Source: Nitrospirota bacterium
GTDB lineage: Bacteria; Nitrospirota; Nitrospiria; Nitrospirales; Nitrospiraceae
Assembly (NCBI GenBank): GCA_963701855.1
Contig: CAVPBK010000009.1
Span: 160,001 to 224,000 of the forward strand
Length of the DNA stretch: 64,000 bases
Direction: 5' to 3'
The notes under the pieces are model-generated. The model had not been told where the DNA came from. It worked only from the letters and a program-made list of their open reading frames with translations, and ran no database searches. A program made the translations under genes and the position numbers. Shown piece by piece: positions 51,748-61,795 of the stretch. Position 1 is the first letter of the stretch; each line of letters opens with the position of its first letter.

Positions 51748-53778
51748 ATGCGGCGTTACAACAAGACTTTCCTCATCGTCGTTTTCTCTTGCCTATTCCT
51801 CCCTGGCTCCCCTTCTGTTGCGCCAGAGACCGAGCAGGCGCATGCCGGTCCTCAAGAACGGACACCGATCATGGTCAATGTTTGGGAGAACTTGGAACGA
51901 TTGCTCTCGGAGGAGGATACAGATGGTGACAAGAAAATCACGATTAACGATACGCATATGAAAGGCAAGGGCCGCGGCGATAAGCAGTTTTGGCTCATCG
52001 CCACGAACGGAAAGCGCTACGAAATTTATCGCACCTATTATTTGTCCAACCTGCTTCAGGAGCTGCGTTCGAAGCAACGAGCCGGCTTAGAAATCGCTCC
52101 GATCGATTTTGAGATGGTCTTCGAAGAACCCGTGCGCCGAATCTCGCGCCTAATCAGGGATCTCTATTGGACTACTCTGACAAGAAGGATCGATCAGGAC
52201 GGCATTGACCGCCTGTTGAATGATGAGAAAATCTCCACGGGTGGTGTTCGCTACCTGTATGTCCCGGAAGGTGACCCGGAGGCGTTGCGGTACTTTTCGG
52301 AGCTCGCGCAACAGCGTCCAGAATTGAAGTTGCGCGTCGAACCGTTGCCGACCACGGTTACTCCTCAATATGCTCGTGGCCTTGAAGGCAAGCATGGACT
52401 CCTGAGCCTTGGCTTGATCCGGACGGCAAGCGGGACCTATGCCGGCGTCCCCTTCATTGTCCCCGGTGGCCGGTTCAACGAAATGTACGGGTGGGACAGT
52501 TACTTTCATGTCCTTGGGTTGCTGGAGGATAACAGAATCGACCTGGCCAAGGCCCTCACGGAAAACCTGGTCTATGAAATCGCCCATTACGGGAAGATTT
52601 TGAACGGGAACCGCACCTATTACCTGACGAGGTCGCAGCCGCCGTTTCTGACCTCCATGGGGTTAGCGGTCTATGAGCATCTGCCTAAGAATGACAAGGC
52701 ACAAACGTGGCTTGCGCGGGTGTTTCGTGCGGCGATCGAGGAATACTACACCGTGTGGATGAGCAACCCGCATCTGACCGACACTGGACTCAGCCGCTTT
52801 TACGGCGAGGGGCTTGGTCCTTCTCCGGAGGTTGAAACGGGACATTTTGATGCGATTTACAGGCCCTATGCGGAGGAGCGCAAGTTGGATGTCCGGACAT
52901 TCGAGGGGAAATACAAAGCGGGCGAGTTCACGATTCCAACACTCGATAGATTCTTCGTTCACGACCGGTGTGTTCGAGAGTCAGGGCACGACACGACTTA
53001 TCGCTGGGACTGGCAGGGGGATCGCTGCGCGGATTTTGTGACCGTTGATCTCAATTCTCTGCTGTATAAAACGGAAGTCGATATCGCGCGAACCATCGAG
53101 ACTATATTTGGTGGAACGCTCAAGTTGGAGAATGGGTCGGAGGAGACGAGCGCGGCATGGTATGCCCGTGCGAAGAGCCGGAAAGAGCTGATCACCCGAC
53201 TTCTTTGGGATAACGAAGCGGGCACGTTCTTCGATTACGATTTTGTGAACAGGAAGCGGAACGGGTTCCTCAGCGCGACTACCTTCTATCCGTTGTGGGC
53301 AAAGGTGGCAACGGCGGAACAAGCGGAGTTGCTGGTCCGCTATGCACTTCCGTTACTGGAGATGCCAGGCGGGCTTGCCGGGTCGTCAGAGAAGTCGAGA
53401 GGGGCCATCTCGGAGAGGCGGCCATCCAGGCAATGGGATTACCCATACGGGTGGGCGCCACATCAGATGATGGCCTGGACTGGATTGTTGAACTATGGAT
53501 ATGAGGACGTAGCGCAGCGGCTGAGCTACCGCTGGCTGTATACCATTACGAGGAATGCGGTTGATTATAACGGGACCGTACCGGAGAAGCTGGATGTCGC
53601 CAAACGCTCTCTCGAGGTCTTTGCCGAATACGGCAATGTGGGAACCGACTTCGAATACATGTCCACGGAAGGATTCGGCTGGACGAATGCGTCATACCAG
53701 GTGGGGCTCAAATATCTGTCGCCGGACTTGCGCGCACGATTAACTGGTCTTGTCCCTCCCGAGTGGCTCTTTGAATAG
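51748..53778 (+). CDS. GH37 trehalase, neutral-trehalase type, with signal peptide
   Basis: EDTDGDKKITIND Ca-binding-like loop, VPGGRFNEMYGWDSYF, RSQPP, ESGHD, QWDYPYGWAPHQ, EGFGWTNA. Confidence 0.92.
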   Translation: MRRYNKTFLIVVFSCLFLPGSPSVAPETEQAHAGPQERTPIMVNVWENLERLLSEEDTDGDKKITINDTHMKGKGRGDKQFWLIATNGKRYEIYRTYYLSNLLQELRSKQRAGLEIAPIDFEMVFEEPVRRISRLIRDLYWTTLTRRIDQDGIDRLLNDEKISTGGVRYLYVPEGDPEALRYFSELAQQRPELKLRVEPLPTTVTPQYARGLEGKHGLLSLGLIRTASGTYAGVPFIVPGGRFNEMYGWDSYFHVLGLLEDNRIDLAKALTENLVYEIAHYGKILNGNRTYYLTRSQPPFLTSMGLAVYEHLPKNDKAQTWLARVFRAAIEEYYTVWMSNPHLTDTGLSRFYGEGLGPSPEVETGHFDAIYRPYAEERKLDVRTFEGKYKAGEFTIPTLDRFFVHDRCVRESGHDTTYRWDWQGDRCADFVTVDLNSLLYKTEVDIARTIETIFGGTLKLENGSEETSAAWYARAKSRKELITRLLWDNEAGTFFDYDFVNRKRNGFLSATTFYPLWAKVATAEQAELLVRYALPLLEMPGGLAGSSEKSRGAISERRPSRQWDYPYGWAPHQMMAWTGLLNYGYEDVAQRLSYRWLYTITRNAVDYNGTVPEKLDVAKRSLEVFAEYGNVGTDFEYMSTEGFGWTNASYQVGLKYLSPDLRARLTGLVPPEWLFE

Positions 53779-54348
53779 CATCGTGCGGTCAAGCTCGTTG
53801 AGACATGACGAAGCGTTCGATGCAGGAGGAGTCGGTGCGTGACCTTGGAATGGGATGCTCCGGCGGGGTAGCCCGTGAGGGAGGGGCGGCGGAGGCGCTC
53901 GTTCCTCGACGGCGGCGGAATTGGCTGTTCCGGCCTCGAAGTCATAGGAACTTTCCTGCTTTACGCATCACCTCCGGTTTAGCCGCAGTGATTCTGCCCA
54001 TTGTGTAAATTCACAGTCATGTGGCGAGGGAGGGGATTTCAATTTCCACATCATCACTCTTTGAGCCTGCTACCACGCTGCTACCGGAACACCCTGACCC
54101 AGGCTCATTCGGCACAACATCGATTGCTCCGATTCCTTGTGTTTCTGCTCTGATACATGCTCCTGGGTCTGCTGAGTTTGGTCAACAGGGTATCTCTTTA
54201 TCAGCGGCTCACGTAGGCAAGCCATGTGGGAATCTCCCGGTTGTTGAAATTGATGTAGCTGAGCGACCACATCGTAAACTAAAAGACCGGACGAAGTGAT
54301 CACTGCATGACCATGACTTGAAAATATGAGAGGATAATGAGCGTGTGC

Positions 54349-54610
54349 TAATGAAATGGATCCCGTCTTCTTCCCAGACGAGTCTCACACGAGGCACAAT
54401 GGGTGGTGTTGCGCGTGCAACCCACACTCATCGTGAGGAAGATAAGGAGGGGGCTGTTATGCACATCACGGCATTAGGAATTGATGTGGCGAAGAACGTG
54501 TTTCAGTTACACGGGGTAGATGCACGAGGGCGTGTGGTGCTCAGTCAACGCGTGAAGCGCGATCAGTTGTTCCACACCGTGGCGAGTCTGCCGCCCTGCA
54601 TTCTCGCCAC
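54349..54610 (+). mobile_element. IS110/IS1111-family left end and 5' transposase fragment
   Basis: MHITALGIDVAKNVFQLHGVD from 54459; similarity stops after about 50 aa. Confidence 0.8.
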
Positions 54611-54911
54611 ATTACTACAAAAACGGCGCAACACGCGTCGGCACTTCCAGGTCTATCTGATCGACGTAACACCAGGCCCACCGTTCGTCTTCACGCAGCC
54701 GAGCGTCGAGGCGCGAGAAATTGCCCCGTGGACCGAAGGCGGGCAAACATGGCGACGACTTGACCAGCTCATCGAACACCCCAGCGCACACCACCGATAA
54801 ATCGGCATTGACACGCTAAAGTTACAGTCGCGATACTGAAGCGTCAACCGAGCCTAGAGTAAGTGATCCTGTATATGCCGATGCTGTTCTTCCTCAAAGG
54901 TTAGCTACTTT

Positions 54912-56996
54912 ATGAACAATCCTCTGGAGAGTCACACCATACGGCGCGTGATGGTCGGCACCGACCGCTCCGAACCTGCCGACCGAGCCGTCCACTGGGC
55001 CGCCAGGTTTGCCGACCGCTACGACGCAAAGCTGTTCATCGTACAGGTGGTGGTACCGCAGTATCCATCCACCACAGAATTCGGCGCAGCCGAGCAAACA
55101 CGCGTTACTACCGCCAACAATGAACTGGCACACTTCGCGCGGCAGATCGCCGGAGAGCGCGGTCATGCCCTGGTCGTCGTTGATGCCGATCCGGCATTGG
55201 CGATCGTCCGGGCCGTCGAGCAGGAAGCCATCGATGTCCTGGTGGTCGGCAATTTTGGCATGGCGGGTCGAAAGGAGTTTTTGCTTGGCAACGTACCGAA
55301 CCGCATCAGTCACAATGCCCGCTGCACCGTGATTATCGTGAACACCGTGGCCTCTACCGTTGAGCAGGTTTCAGACTCGGTACAAGATCACCGACCGAAG
55401 GGTGACACTCCGTCTTTTGCGCCTCGGCTGGCTGCACGTGCGACGGAAATCGCCACTGTGATGGCTAAACATGGCCTCACAGAGCTGTTCGGCCAATCCG
55501 ACGAACCGGATACGACCATCCGCCGTCAGCAGGCCAAGCGTTTACGCACGGCCCTCGAAGAGCTGGGTCCGACCTTCTCAAAAATCGGGCAAGTGTTATC
55601 AACCCGCCCGGATCTCCTTCCAGTCGAGTACATGGAGGAACTTGCCCTGTTGCAGAGCCATGTGCCGCCCATGACTGAGCACGACGTGGTTCGGGTTTCA
55701 GAGCAGGAATTGGGCGTACCCTGGGAGGACGTATTCAAGTCGATCGACCCGAAGCCCCTCGCGGCCGGCACGATTGCTCAGGTCCACCGTGCGACACTCG
55801 AAAACGGCGATCGGGTCGTCGTCAAGGTGCAGCGTCCCACCGCTCGTGCTGAAATCGAACAGGATCTCGCCCTGCTCGAGGTGTTTGCCGAGAAAGTGGG
55901 AAAGCGTCCCGCCCTCAATCAGGTGATCGATATGGAGGCCGTGTTCAAGCACCTCTCCACCTCGCTCCACCGTGAGCTCGACTTCCGTCAGGAAGCCGAC
56001 AACATCGGGCGAATGCAGGCAGTGCTCGCAGGCTACGATCGCCTGGCCGTACCCAGCGTGTACCGGAATCTCTCCACATCCCGGTTATTGGTGATGGAAG
56101 AGATCCAGGGCATACCGATCAAGCAGGCCCCGGCTGGTCCAGAGCGCATCCAGGCCGCCCGTCAACTGCTGGAGAGCTACTACAAACAGATCATCGTCGA
56201 TGGGTTTTTCCATGCCGATCCCCACCCAGGCAACCTGATGTGGTGGAAGAACCGCGTCTACTTTCTCGATTTCGGGATGGTCGGCGTGGTCGGCGCCGAC
56301 TTCCGTGAGCATCTGTTGTTATTGTTAATGGCCCTATGGCAGGAAGATGCCGCGTTTGTCACCGAAGTTACACTGATGATGACGGGTGCCATCGATCGCG
56401 GCGATCTCGATGTGCCTGGATTCCAAAGCGAGATCGGAGACGTGATGGCGAAATATCGAACGGCCGCGCTGTCCGAGATGCAGATCGGACCCATTCTGCA
56501 AGAAATGAGCGCGGTCTCATTACGGCATGGGGTTCCGCTACCGGCCTCGCTCACGCTCGCCATCAAGGCCCTCGCACAGGTACAACTGGCGACCGCCGAG
56601 CTCGATCCAGCACTCGACCCGTATGACGTAGCCGGCAAGTTCTTGACGCGCTGGCTGGTCAAGCGCATGGGTGCGACGCTCGATCCAAAGACACTCGTAT
56701 ATCAAGCGCAAAAGTTTAAAGTACGGGCCCTGCGCGTGATCGAGGCGGTCGAACACCTCATCGGTGCCAGCCCTGGCCAAAAGCTTGTGGTGAACTTCCA
56801 GGCCAATTCGCTGGAGGATATCGTGCGCCACACGGGGCGGCGCCTGGCGCTCGGCCTGACCGCTGCGGCAAGTGTGCTGGCCAGCGGGCTCACAGTCATG
56901 GCGGTGGGTGTGGCCGAGTGGGTGCCGATCACATTCGGGGTCGTCGCCGGTCTATTGACCGTTGGCCTGGTGATCGATCTGTTGCGAGGGCGTTGA
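54912..56996 (+). CDS. Universal stress protein domain fused to ABC1/AarF/UbiB atypical kinase
   Basis: USP: VMVGTDRS, LVVGNFG..GRKEFLLGNVPNRISHNARCTV; kinase: LGPTFSKIGQVLSTRPD, VVKVQRP, FFHADPHPGN, LDFGMVG; C-terminal TM. Confidence 0.9.
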   Translation: MNNPLESHTIRRVMVGTDRSEPADRAVHWAARFADRYDAKLFIVQVVVPQYPSTTEFGAAEQTRVTTANNELAHFARQIAGERGHALVVVDADPALAIVRAVEQEAIDVLVVGNFGMAGRKEFLLGNVPNRISHNARCTVIIVNTVASTVEQVSDSVQDHRPKGDTPSFAPRLAARATEIATVMAKHGLTELFGQSDEPDTTIRRQQAKRLRTALEELGPTFSKIGQVLSTRPDLLPVEYMEELALLQSHVPPMTEHDVVRVSEQELGVPWEDVFKSIDPKPLAAGTIAQVHRATLENGDRVVVKVQRPTARAEIEQDLALLEVFAEKVGKRPALNQVIDMEAVFKHLSTSLHRELDFRQEADNIGRMQAVLAGYDRLAVPSVYRNLSTSRLLVMEEIQGIPIKQAPAGPERIQAARQLLESYYKQIIVDGFFHADPHPGNLMWWKNRVYFLDFGMVGVVGADFREHLLLLLMALWQEDAAFVTEVTLMMTGAIDRGDLDVPGFQSEIGDVMAKYRTAALSEMQIGPILQEMSAVSLRHGVPLPASLTLAIKALAQVQLATAELDPALDPYDVAGKFLTRWLVKRMGATLDPKTLVYQAQKFKVRALRVIEAVEHLIGASPGQKLVVNFQANSLEDIVRHTGRRLALGLTAAASVLASGLTVMAVGVAEWVPITFGVVAGLLTVGLVIDLLRGR

Positions 56997-57297
56997 CGAT
57001 GACAATGGGTTATGAGGCCGTTCGGTCCCGCAACGAAGATTTCGCGCTACTGCACCGGATTGAACGCAACACGGCTTTCTCGAGCAGGTATGCCATGACC
57101 GTCATCGCCAGGCCGACCAGCCAGCGCTCTCCTTGTTGCATAAAAGGCCGTTTATGGATTGTATCCGTGGAAGGGCTATTCATCATACGTGTTTCATGGT
57201 TTGAAGGATTACTTTCCGCAATGAGTACCTTATTACACGTAGAGCAGTTAAACTTATCCGACTCACGCCTGAATATCTACCATCGACTGTATCCAAT

Positions 57298-60200
57298 ATG
57301 AATGATCGTGTATCAGCGTGGCTGGAAAACCTTGGTCTCGGGAGATACTCTGAGGCGTTTCAGCAAAATGCGATCACGTGGGACGTGCTACCCGAGCTGA
57401 AAGAGAGCGACCTAGAGGCGCTGGGTGTCTTACTAGGACATCGAAAAATACTCTTACGCACGATCGCGCACATATTACAGCCCGCTGAAGGTATGGGCCC
57501 TGGGTCTCTACCTATCGCCGTCAATCCGGACACGCAGCCATTCCCTCCCGAACGCGATCAAGCTGAGCGTCGCCAGTTGACGGTGATGTTTTGTGATCTT
57601 GTGGATTCGACCGCCCTGTCTCGCCGGTTGGACCCTGAAGACCTTCAGGATGTGATCCGACGTTTTTTAGACGCCTGTAGCCAAACCATTGGTCGATTCA
57701 ACGGCTATATCGCCAAATACATGGGTGATGGGATGTTGGTCTATTTTGGGTACCCCCAGGCCCATGAACACGATGCGGAACGCGCGGTACATGCCGGACT
57801 GGCTCTTCTGGATACGGTGAAAACGCTTCATCACGACAATCCCTATCCAGAGCTTCGTATTGCGGCACGAATCGGGATCGCGACGGGTCAGGTCGTCGTC
57901 GGCGAGCTCATGGGGCAGGACACCGCCAAAGAACGGTCAGTGTTCGGCGAAACCCCGAATCTTGCCGCGCGCCTTCAAGCTCTGGCACAACCCAATCAGT
58001 TAATCATTGACCCGGTGACGAAACGTCATATCGGCAATGCATTCGATGTCGTGGATCTTGGCGCCTTCTCTCTGAAAGGATTCGATAGTCCCATCCAAGC
58101 CTGGCAGGTGCTGGGTAGCAAGTCGTCGACCAGCCGGTTTGAGTCCTATCATGTCATCCAACTCACCAATTTCGTCGGCAGAGAACAGGAGATTGCACTC
58201 TTGCTGGGCCGCTGGCGCGAAGCCATCGACGGTGAAGGACAGGTCGTGCTCCTGTCCGGTGAGGCTGGCATCGGTAAATCGAGAATAGTCCATACTCTGG
58301 GCGACCGCCTCGCCGATGCGCGGTACCAGACGATTCAATTTCAATGTTCTCCCTACCATACCAATACGGCGTTCTACCCGGCGATCAATTTTCTGCGAGA
58401 AGCCGCGGGCCTGACGAGTCAGGACAGTGCGGAGGCGCAACTGAACAAGCTCGACGCCCTGGCTCGCGGGAGCGGAATCGATACGCAGGACACGGTGTCA
58501 TTGCTTGTGGACCTGCTCTCGATCCGAGGAGATGACCGGTACCAGACGGTTAATGTGTCATCCGAAAAACGCAAGGACATGACGTTGGAAGCACTCGTGC
58601 AGTATCTCCAAGGGCTGGCCGATCGCTGCCCAGTGGTGTTCATTGTGGAAGATGCCCATTGGCTTGATCCCACGACGCTGGACCTCCTGACGCGAATCAT
58701 CGACCGCATCCGGCAAATGCGCGTATTGTTGCTGATTACATTTCGACCTGACTTCAAGCCGGTGTGGGCGGAATATAGTCACGTGACGTTTCTCACGCTC
58801 AGTCAACTTCCCCGTCGGCAGAGCGCCGAACTGGTGACGGCAATGACCAGAGGAAAAAGTCTTCCGCCCGCGGTACAGCAGGCAATTCTGGCGAAAACCG
58901 ATGGCGTGCCTCTCTATATCGAAGCATTGACGGAAAACGTACTGGAATCCGGCCTGCTGACTGAGGGACACGAGTCATATACCTTGAAGGGCCCATTAAA
59001 GGAATTGCCCATCCCAGACAGTCTGCACGCGTTACTCATGGAACGGGTGGACCGATTGGGAGCAGCCAAGGAAATTGTCCAAACCGGAGCCGCGATAGGG
59101 CGTGAATTCACCTACGAGCTGTTGCAGGCCACACTCGCAGTGCCGGACAGCCAGCTGAAGAATGCACTCGACCATTTCGTTGCCTCAGGGCTCATTTCCC
59201 AAGAGGGCGAGATACCCCTTGCGAAATACCACTTTAAGCACGTTCTGGTCCAAGAAGCGGCCTACAGCACACTACCCAAGAAACCCCGGCGTTTGCTACA
59301 TGCGCGAATCGCCAAAGCACTGGAGGGTCGTTTTGCCGAGCGTATAACAATGGAACCGGAACTCTTGGCCTTTCACTATGAACAGGCAGGACTCGCCGGG
59401 CCAGCGGTTGAGTATTGGTTTCGTGCGGCTCGGAGAGATGCGGAACGCTCCGCCACTATCGAAGCGCTCAATCATTTTGGCCGGGCGCTCGACATGCTCA
59501 AGGATTTACCACAGGGCTCAGAACGCGATGCCGTGGAACTGGAACTCCTCATCGCACGCGGAGCCCCCTTGGTGACTGTGAAAGGCTATGCATCTGACGA
59601 GATCGAGCGCAATTATCGAAGGGCGAAGGAGTTATCACAGGAGCACAGCGATTCCGTCCATCACTTTCTTGCCATTTGGGGACTCTGGGTCTTTCATCTC
59701 GTCAGAGGGCAGCTCGCCATGGCTCGCGACCTTGCGGAAAATCTCCTCTCTCTGGCTACCCGCGAGCAAAACCCAGATCTGCTGATTCGCGCTCGCGAGA
59801 GTTTGGGCTCGACGTATTTCTTCCTGGGCCGGTTTGACGACGCAAAAACCCATCTGGTCCCTGCAACATTCTTGAATGATCCGGATCAGCGGCGCTCACC
59901 TGCCATGCCCTACACCCAAGATCCTGGCATCACCGCGAGGATCACACTGGCCTGGACGTTATGGGCATTAGGTGAGGTTGATCGGGTGGAACCGCTGGCG
60001 CTAGAGGCTCTTGCTAAGGCCAGAGAATTGGATCACCCATTCACCCTGGCGTTTACCTTGGCGTCTCTTTCTTGGATCTATTCCACGCTCCGAAACGCGA
60101 AGAAAACGCTGGACCTCACCGGTGAAGCCATTGCGCTTTCCACAAAATACTCATTTGAATTAGGCTTGGCATGGGCGACGTCCTCTCACGGCTGGGCACT

Positions 60201-60690
60201 GGCCGAACAGGGGAAAGAAGACGGTCTCGGCACCTTAATCAACGGGCTTTCCGCGACTCGGGTTACCGGCGCGAATCTCAACAACACGCATACATTGGCA
60301 TTGCTTGCAGAAATCTATTTGCGGCTCAATCGCATTGACGAAGGCTTGAGCACAATCGATGACGCGTTGAAGCTCGCCGTTGCCGGGGGAGAACGGTTTC
60401 GGCACGCGGAACTGCTCCGACTGAAAGGCGAACTGCTGCTCGGACAATCCGACCCATCAGTCCAAGCAGCAGAACAGTGTTTCTGTGAAGCCCTGAAGAT
60501 TGCGCAAGATCAGCATGCGAAAATGCTTGAACTTCGAGCCGCCACGAGTCTGGCTAAGCTTTGGAGGAAGCTCGATAAATCGGATGAGGCCAAACGTATC
60601 TTACATTCTGTGTACTCCAGATTCACCGAAGGTGTCGACAACCGTGACGTGATTGAAGCGAAAACAGTCCTTCAACAATTGAGTGAATGA
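57298..60690 (+). CDS. SAM + class III nucleotide cyclase + STAND/AAA ATPase + TPR protein
   Basis: WLENLGLGRY, ERRQLTVMFCDLV, KYMGDG, GETPNLAARLQ, GEAGIGKS, VEDAHWLD, ELRAATSLA. Confidence 0.92.
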   Translation: MNDRVSAWLENLGLGRYSEAFQQNAITWDVLPELKESDLEALGVLLGHRKILLRTIAHILQPAEGMGPGSLPIAVNPDTQPFPPERDQAERRQLTVMFCDLVDSTALSRRLDPEDLQDVIRRFLDACSQTIGRFNGYIAKYMGDGMLVYFGYPQAHEHDAERAVHAGLALLDTVKTLHHDNPYPELRIAARIGIATGQVVVGELMGQDTAKERSVFGETPNLAARLQALAQPNQLIIDPVTKRHIGNAFDVVDLGAFSLKGFDSPIQAWQVLGSKSSTSRFESYHVIQLTNFVGREQEIALLLGRWREAIDGEGQVVLLSGEAGIGKSRIVHTLGDRLADARYQTIQFQCSPYHTNTAFYPAINFLREAAGLTSQDSAEAQLNKLDALARGSGIDTQDTVSLLVDLLSIRGDDRYQTVNVSSEKRKDMTLEALVQYLQGLADRCPVVFIVEDAHWLDPTTLDLLTRIIDRIRQMRVLLLITFRPDFKPVWAEYSHVTFLTLSQLPRRQSAELVTAMTRGKSLPPAVQQAILAKTDGVPLYIEALTENVLESGLLTEGHESYTLKGPLKELPIPDSLHALLMERVDRLGAAKEIVQTGAAIGREFTYELLQATLAVPDSQLKNALDHFVASGLISQEGEIPLAKYHFKHVLVQEAAYSTLPKKPRRLLHARIAKALEGRFAERITMEPELLAFHYEQAGLAGPAVEYWFRAARRDAERSATIEALNHFGRALDMLKDLPQGSERDAVELELLIARGAPLVTVKGYASDEIERNYRRAKELSQEHSDSVHHFLAIWGLWVFHLVRGQLAMARDLAENLLSLATREQNPDLLIRARESLGSTYFFLGRFDDAKTHLVPATFLNDPDQRRSPAMPYTQDPGITARITLAWTLWALGEVDRVEPLALEALAKARELDHPFTLAFTLASLSWIYSTLRNAKKTLDLTGEAIALSTKYSFELGLAWATSSHGWALAEQGKEDGLGTLINGLSATRVTGANLNNTHTLALLAEIYLRLNRIDEGLSTIDDALKLAVAGGERFRHAELLRLKGELLLGQSDPSVQAAEQCFCEALKIAQDQHAKMLELRAATSLAKLWRKLDKSDEAKRILHSVYSRFTEGVDNRDVIEAKTVLQQLSE

Positions 60691-61199
60691 AGTCGCTACT
60701 GTTGTGACCCAGCCCTCTTACATGGATCTAATCCTATCTAACGGTCTGGCCGAAAGGAGAGGCCGGTCATCCAGGCAAGAGCACTGGCATCATGAGATCC
60801 TGGGCATGCTATCATGCTGATACCGGAACAGCCCAGCCCATCATGGCGATGAGTTCTCCGAATCCTCAGTTTGTTGTTGACTTAGACTTAGACCGTGTTG
60901 GGTTTGCTCAGAAGGAGCTACTCTGAACTCTTAATCCTGCAAAGTACAGCCTCTTCGGCTGGTCGGCCACTCTAGGATTGCTCGCACCAAGGAGTAATCC
61001 TCTGTGTACTGGTTCAACGAATACGTCCGCGCCGACATGGGTCGTCGTGCATACATCGGTTGCTCGTGTGTGTCACACCGCCTTCCACAGGTCGATCACT
61101 GTCCCCTCTTCGTTCAGCTCCACCACAATCTGCGATCCTTCCGCGATCGGCTTGCTCTTCACTTCCGACCGCTCCACGGAAACACTTTCTCTCCCTCCG

Positions 61200-61440
61200 G
61201 AGTGGAGAGTTTGATTTAATTCTTCGCCCTACCGACACGAAGCGATGGAACTGGCTCTTCTCTCCCTTCCGATGGACATCGATTACGGCGTTGTTTTCGT
61301 TGACCTGCATTTCCGCTTCTTCACCGACTTCAAGGTTCTTGGGTGTGACGGAGGAAGCGATCGTCATCGACCCCCAGGAGGTCTTCACAGTAGTGAAGCC
61401 CGATTGCACCTTCGAAACAACACCATTCCAGAAATTAAGT
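61200..61440 (-). pseudogene. Fragment of a periplasmic OB-fold-like protein gene
   Basis: GVVSKVQSGFTTVKTSWG...LEVGEEAEMQVNENNAVIDVHRKG; no clean start; loses plausibility downstream. Confidence 0.45.
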
Positions 61441-61795
61441 GGGGCAGGACACTATTTATTTTGGACCTCTCCGGCGAGTTGACACTACCGTTGCATCTTC
61501 ATGCTATAAGACCAATAATGTCCGATATAGCTTTTTGGTTCCATTAACTGCTGTATGAGGCTGGCTCAGCTCAGGAGATTATCCATGCGAAGGTCTCATT
61601 TCAGTGAATCATCGCTTTTTTACTCCCTCCCGACCTTGAGCAGTAGAAGCTCTGATCCCCTCTTCGCCACCGCACATTTCCCCGACATTCTTATCTTCGT
61701 CCTCGTATGGTTGACTACGCTATGCAACCTTAAAGACGCGACTCTGTTGTGCTCACGGAGCACGAAATCAGGCTATTCCATAAGGAGGCTCAATC

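Noticed and set aside
54300..54458. Bridge/seek RNA of the IS110-family fragment
   Set aside because: Only a short left end and about 50 codons remain; in IS1111-type elements the guide RNA usually lies downstream of the transposase, which is missing
54620..54760. Minus-strand ERWAWCYVDQ resembling a UBP-type zinc-finger C-terminus
   Set aside because: Too short and degraded to call
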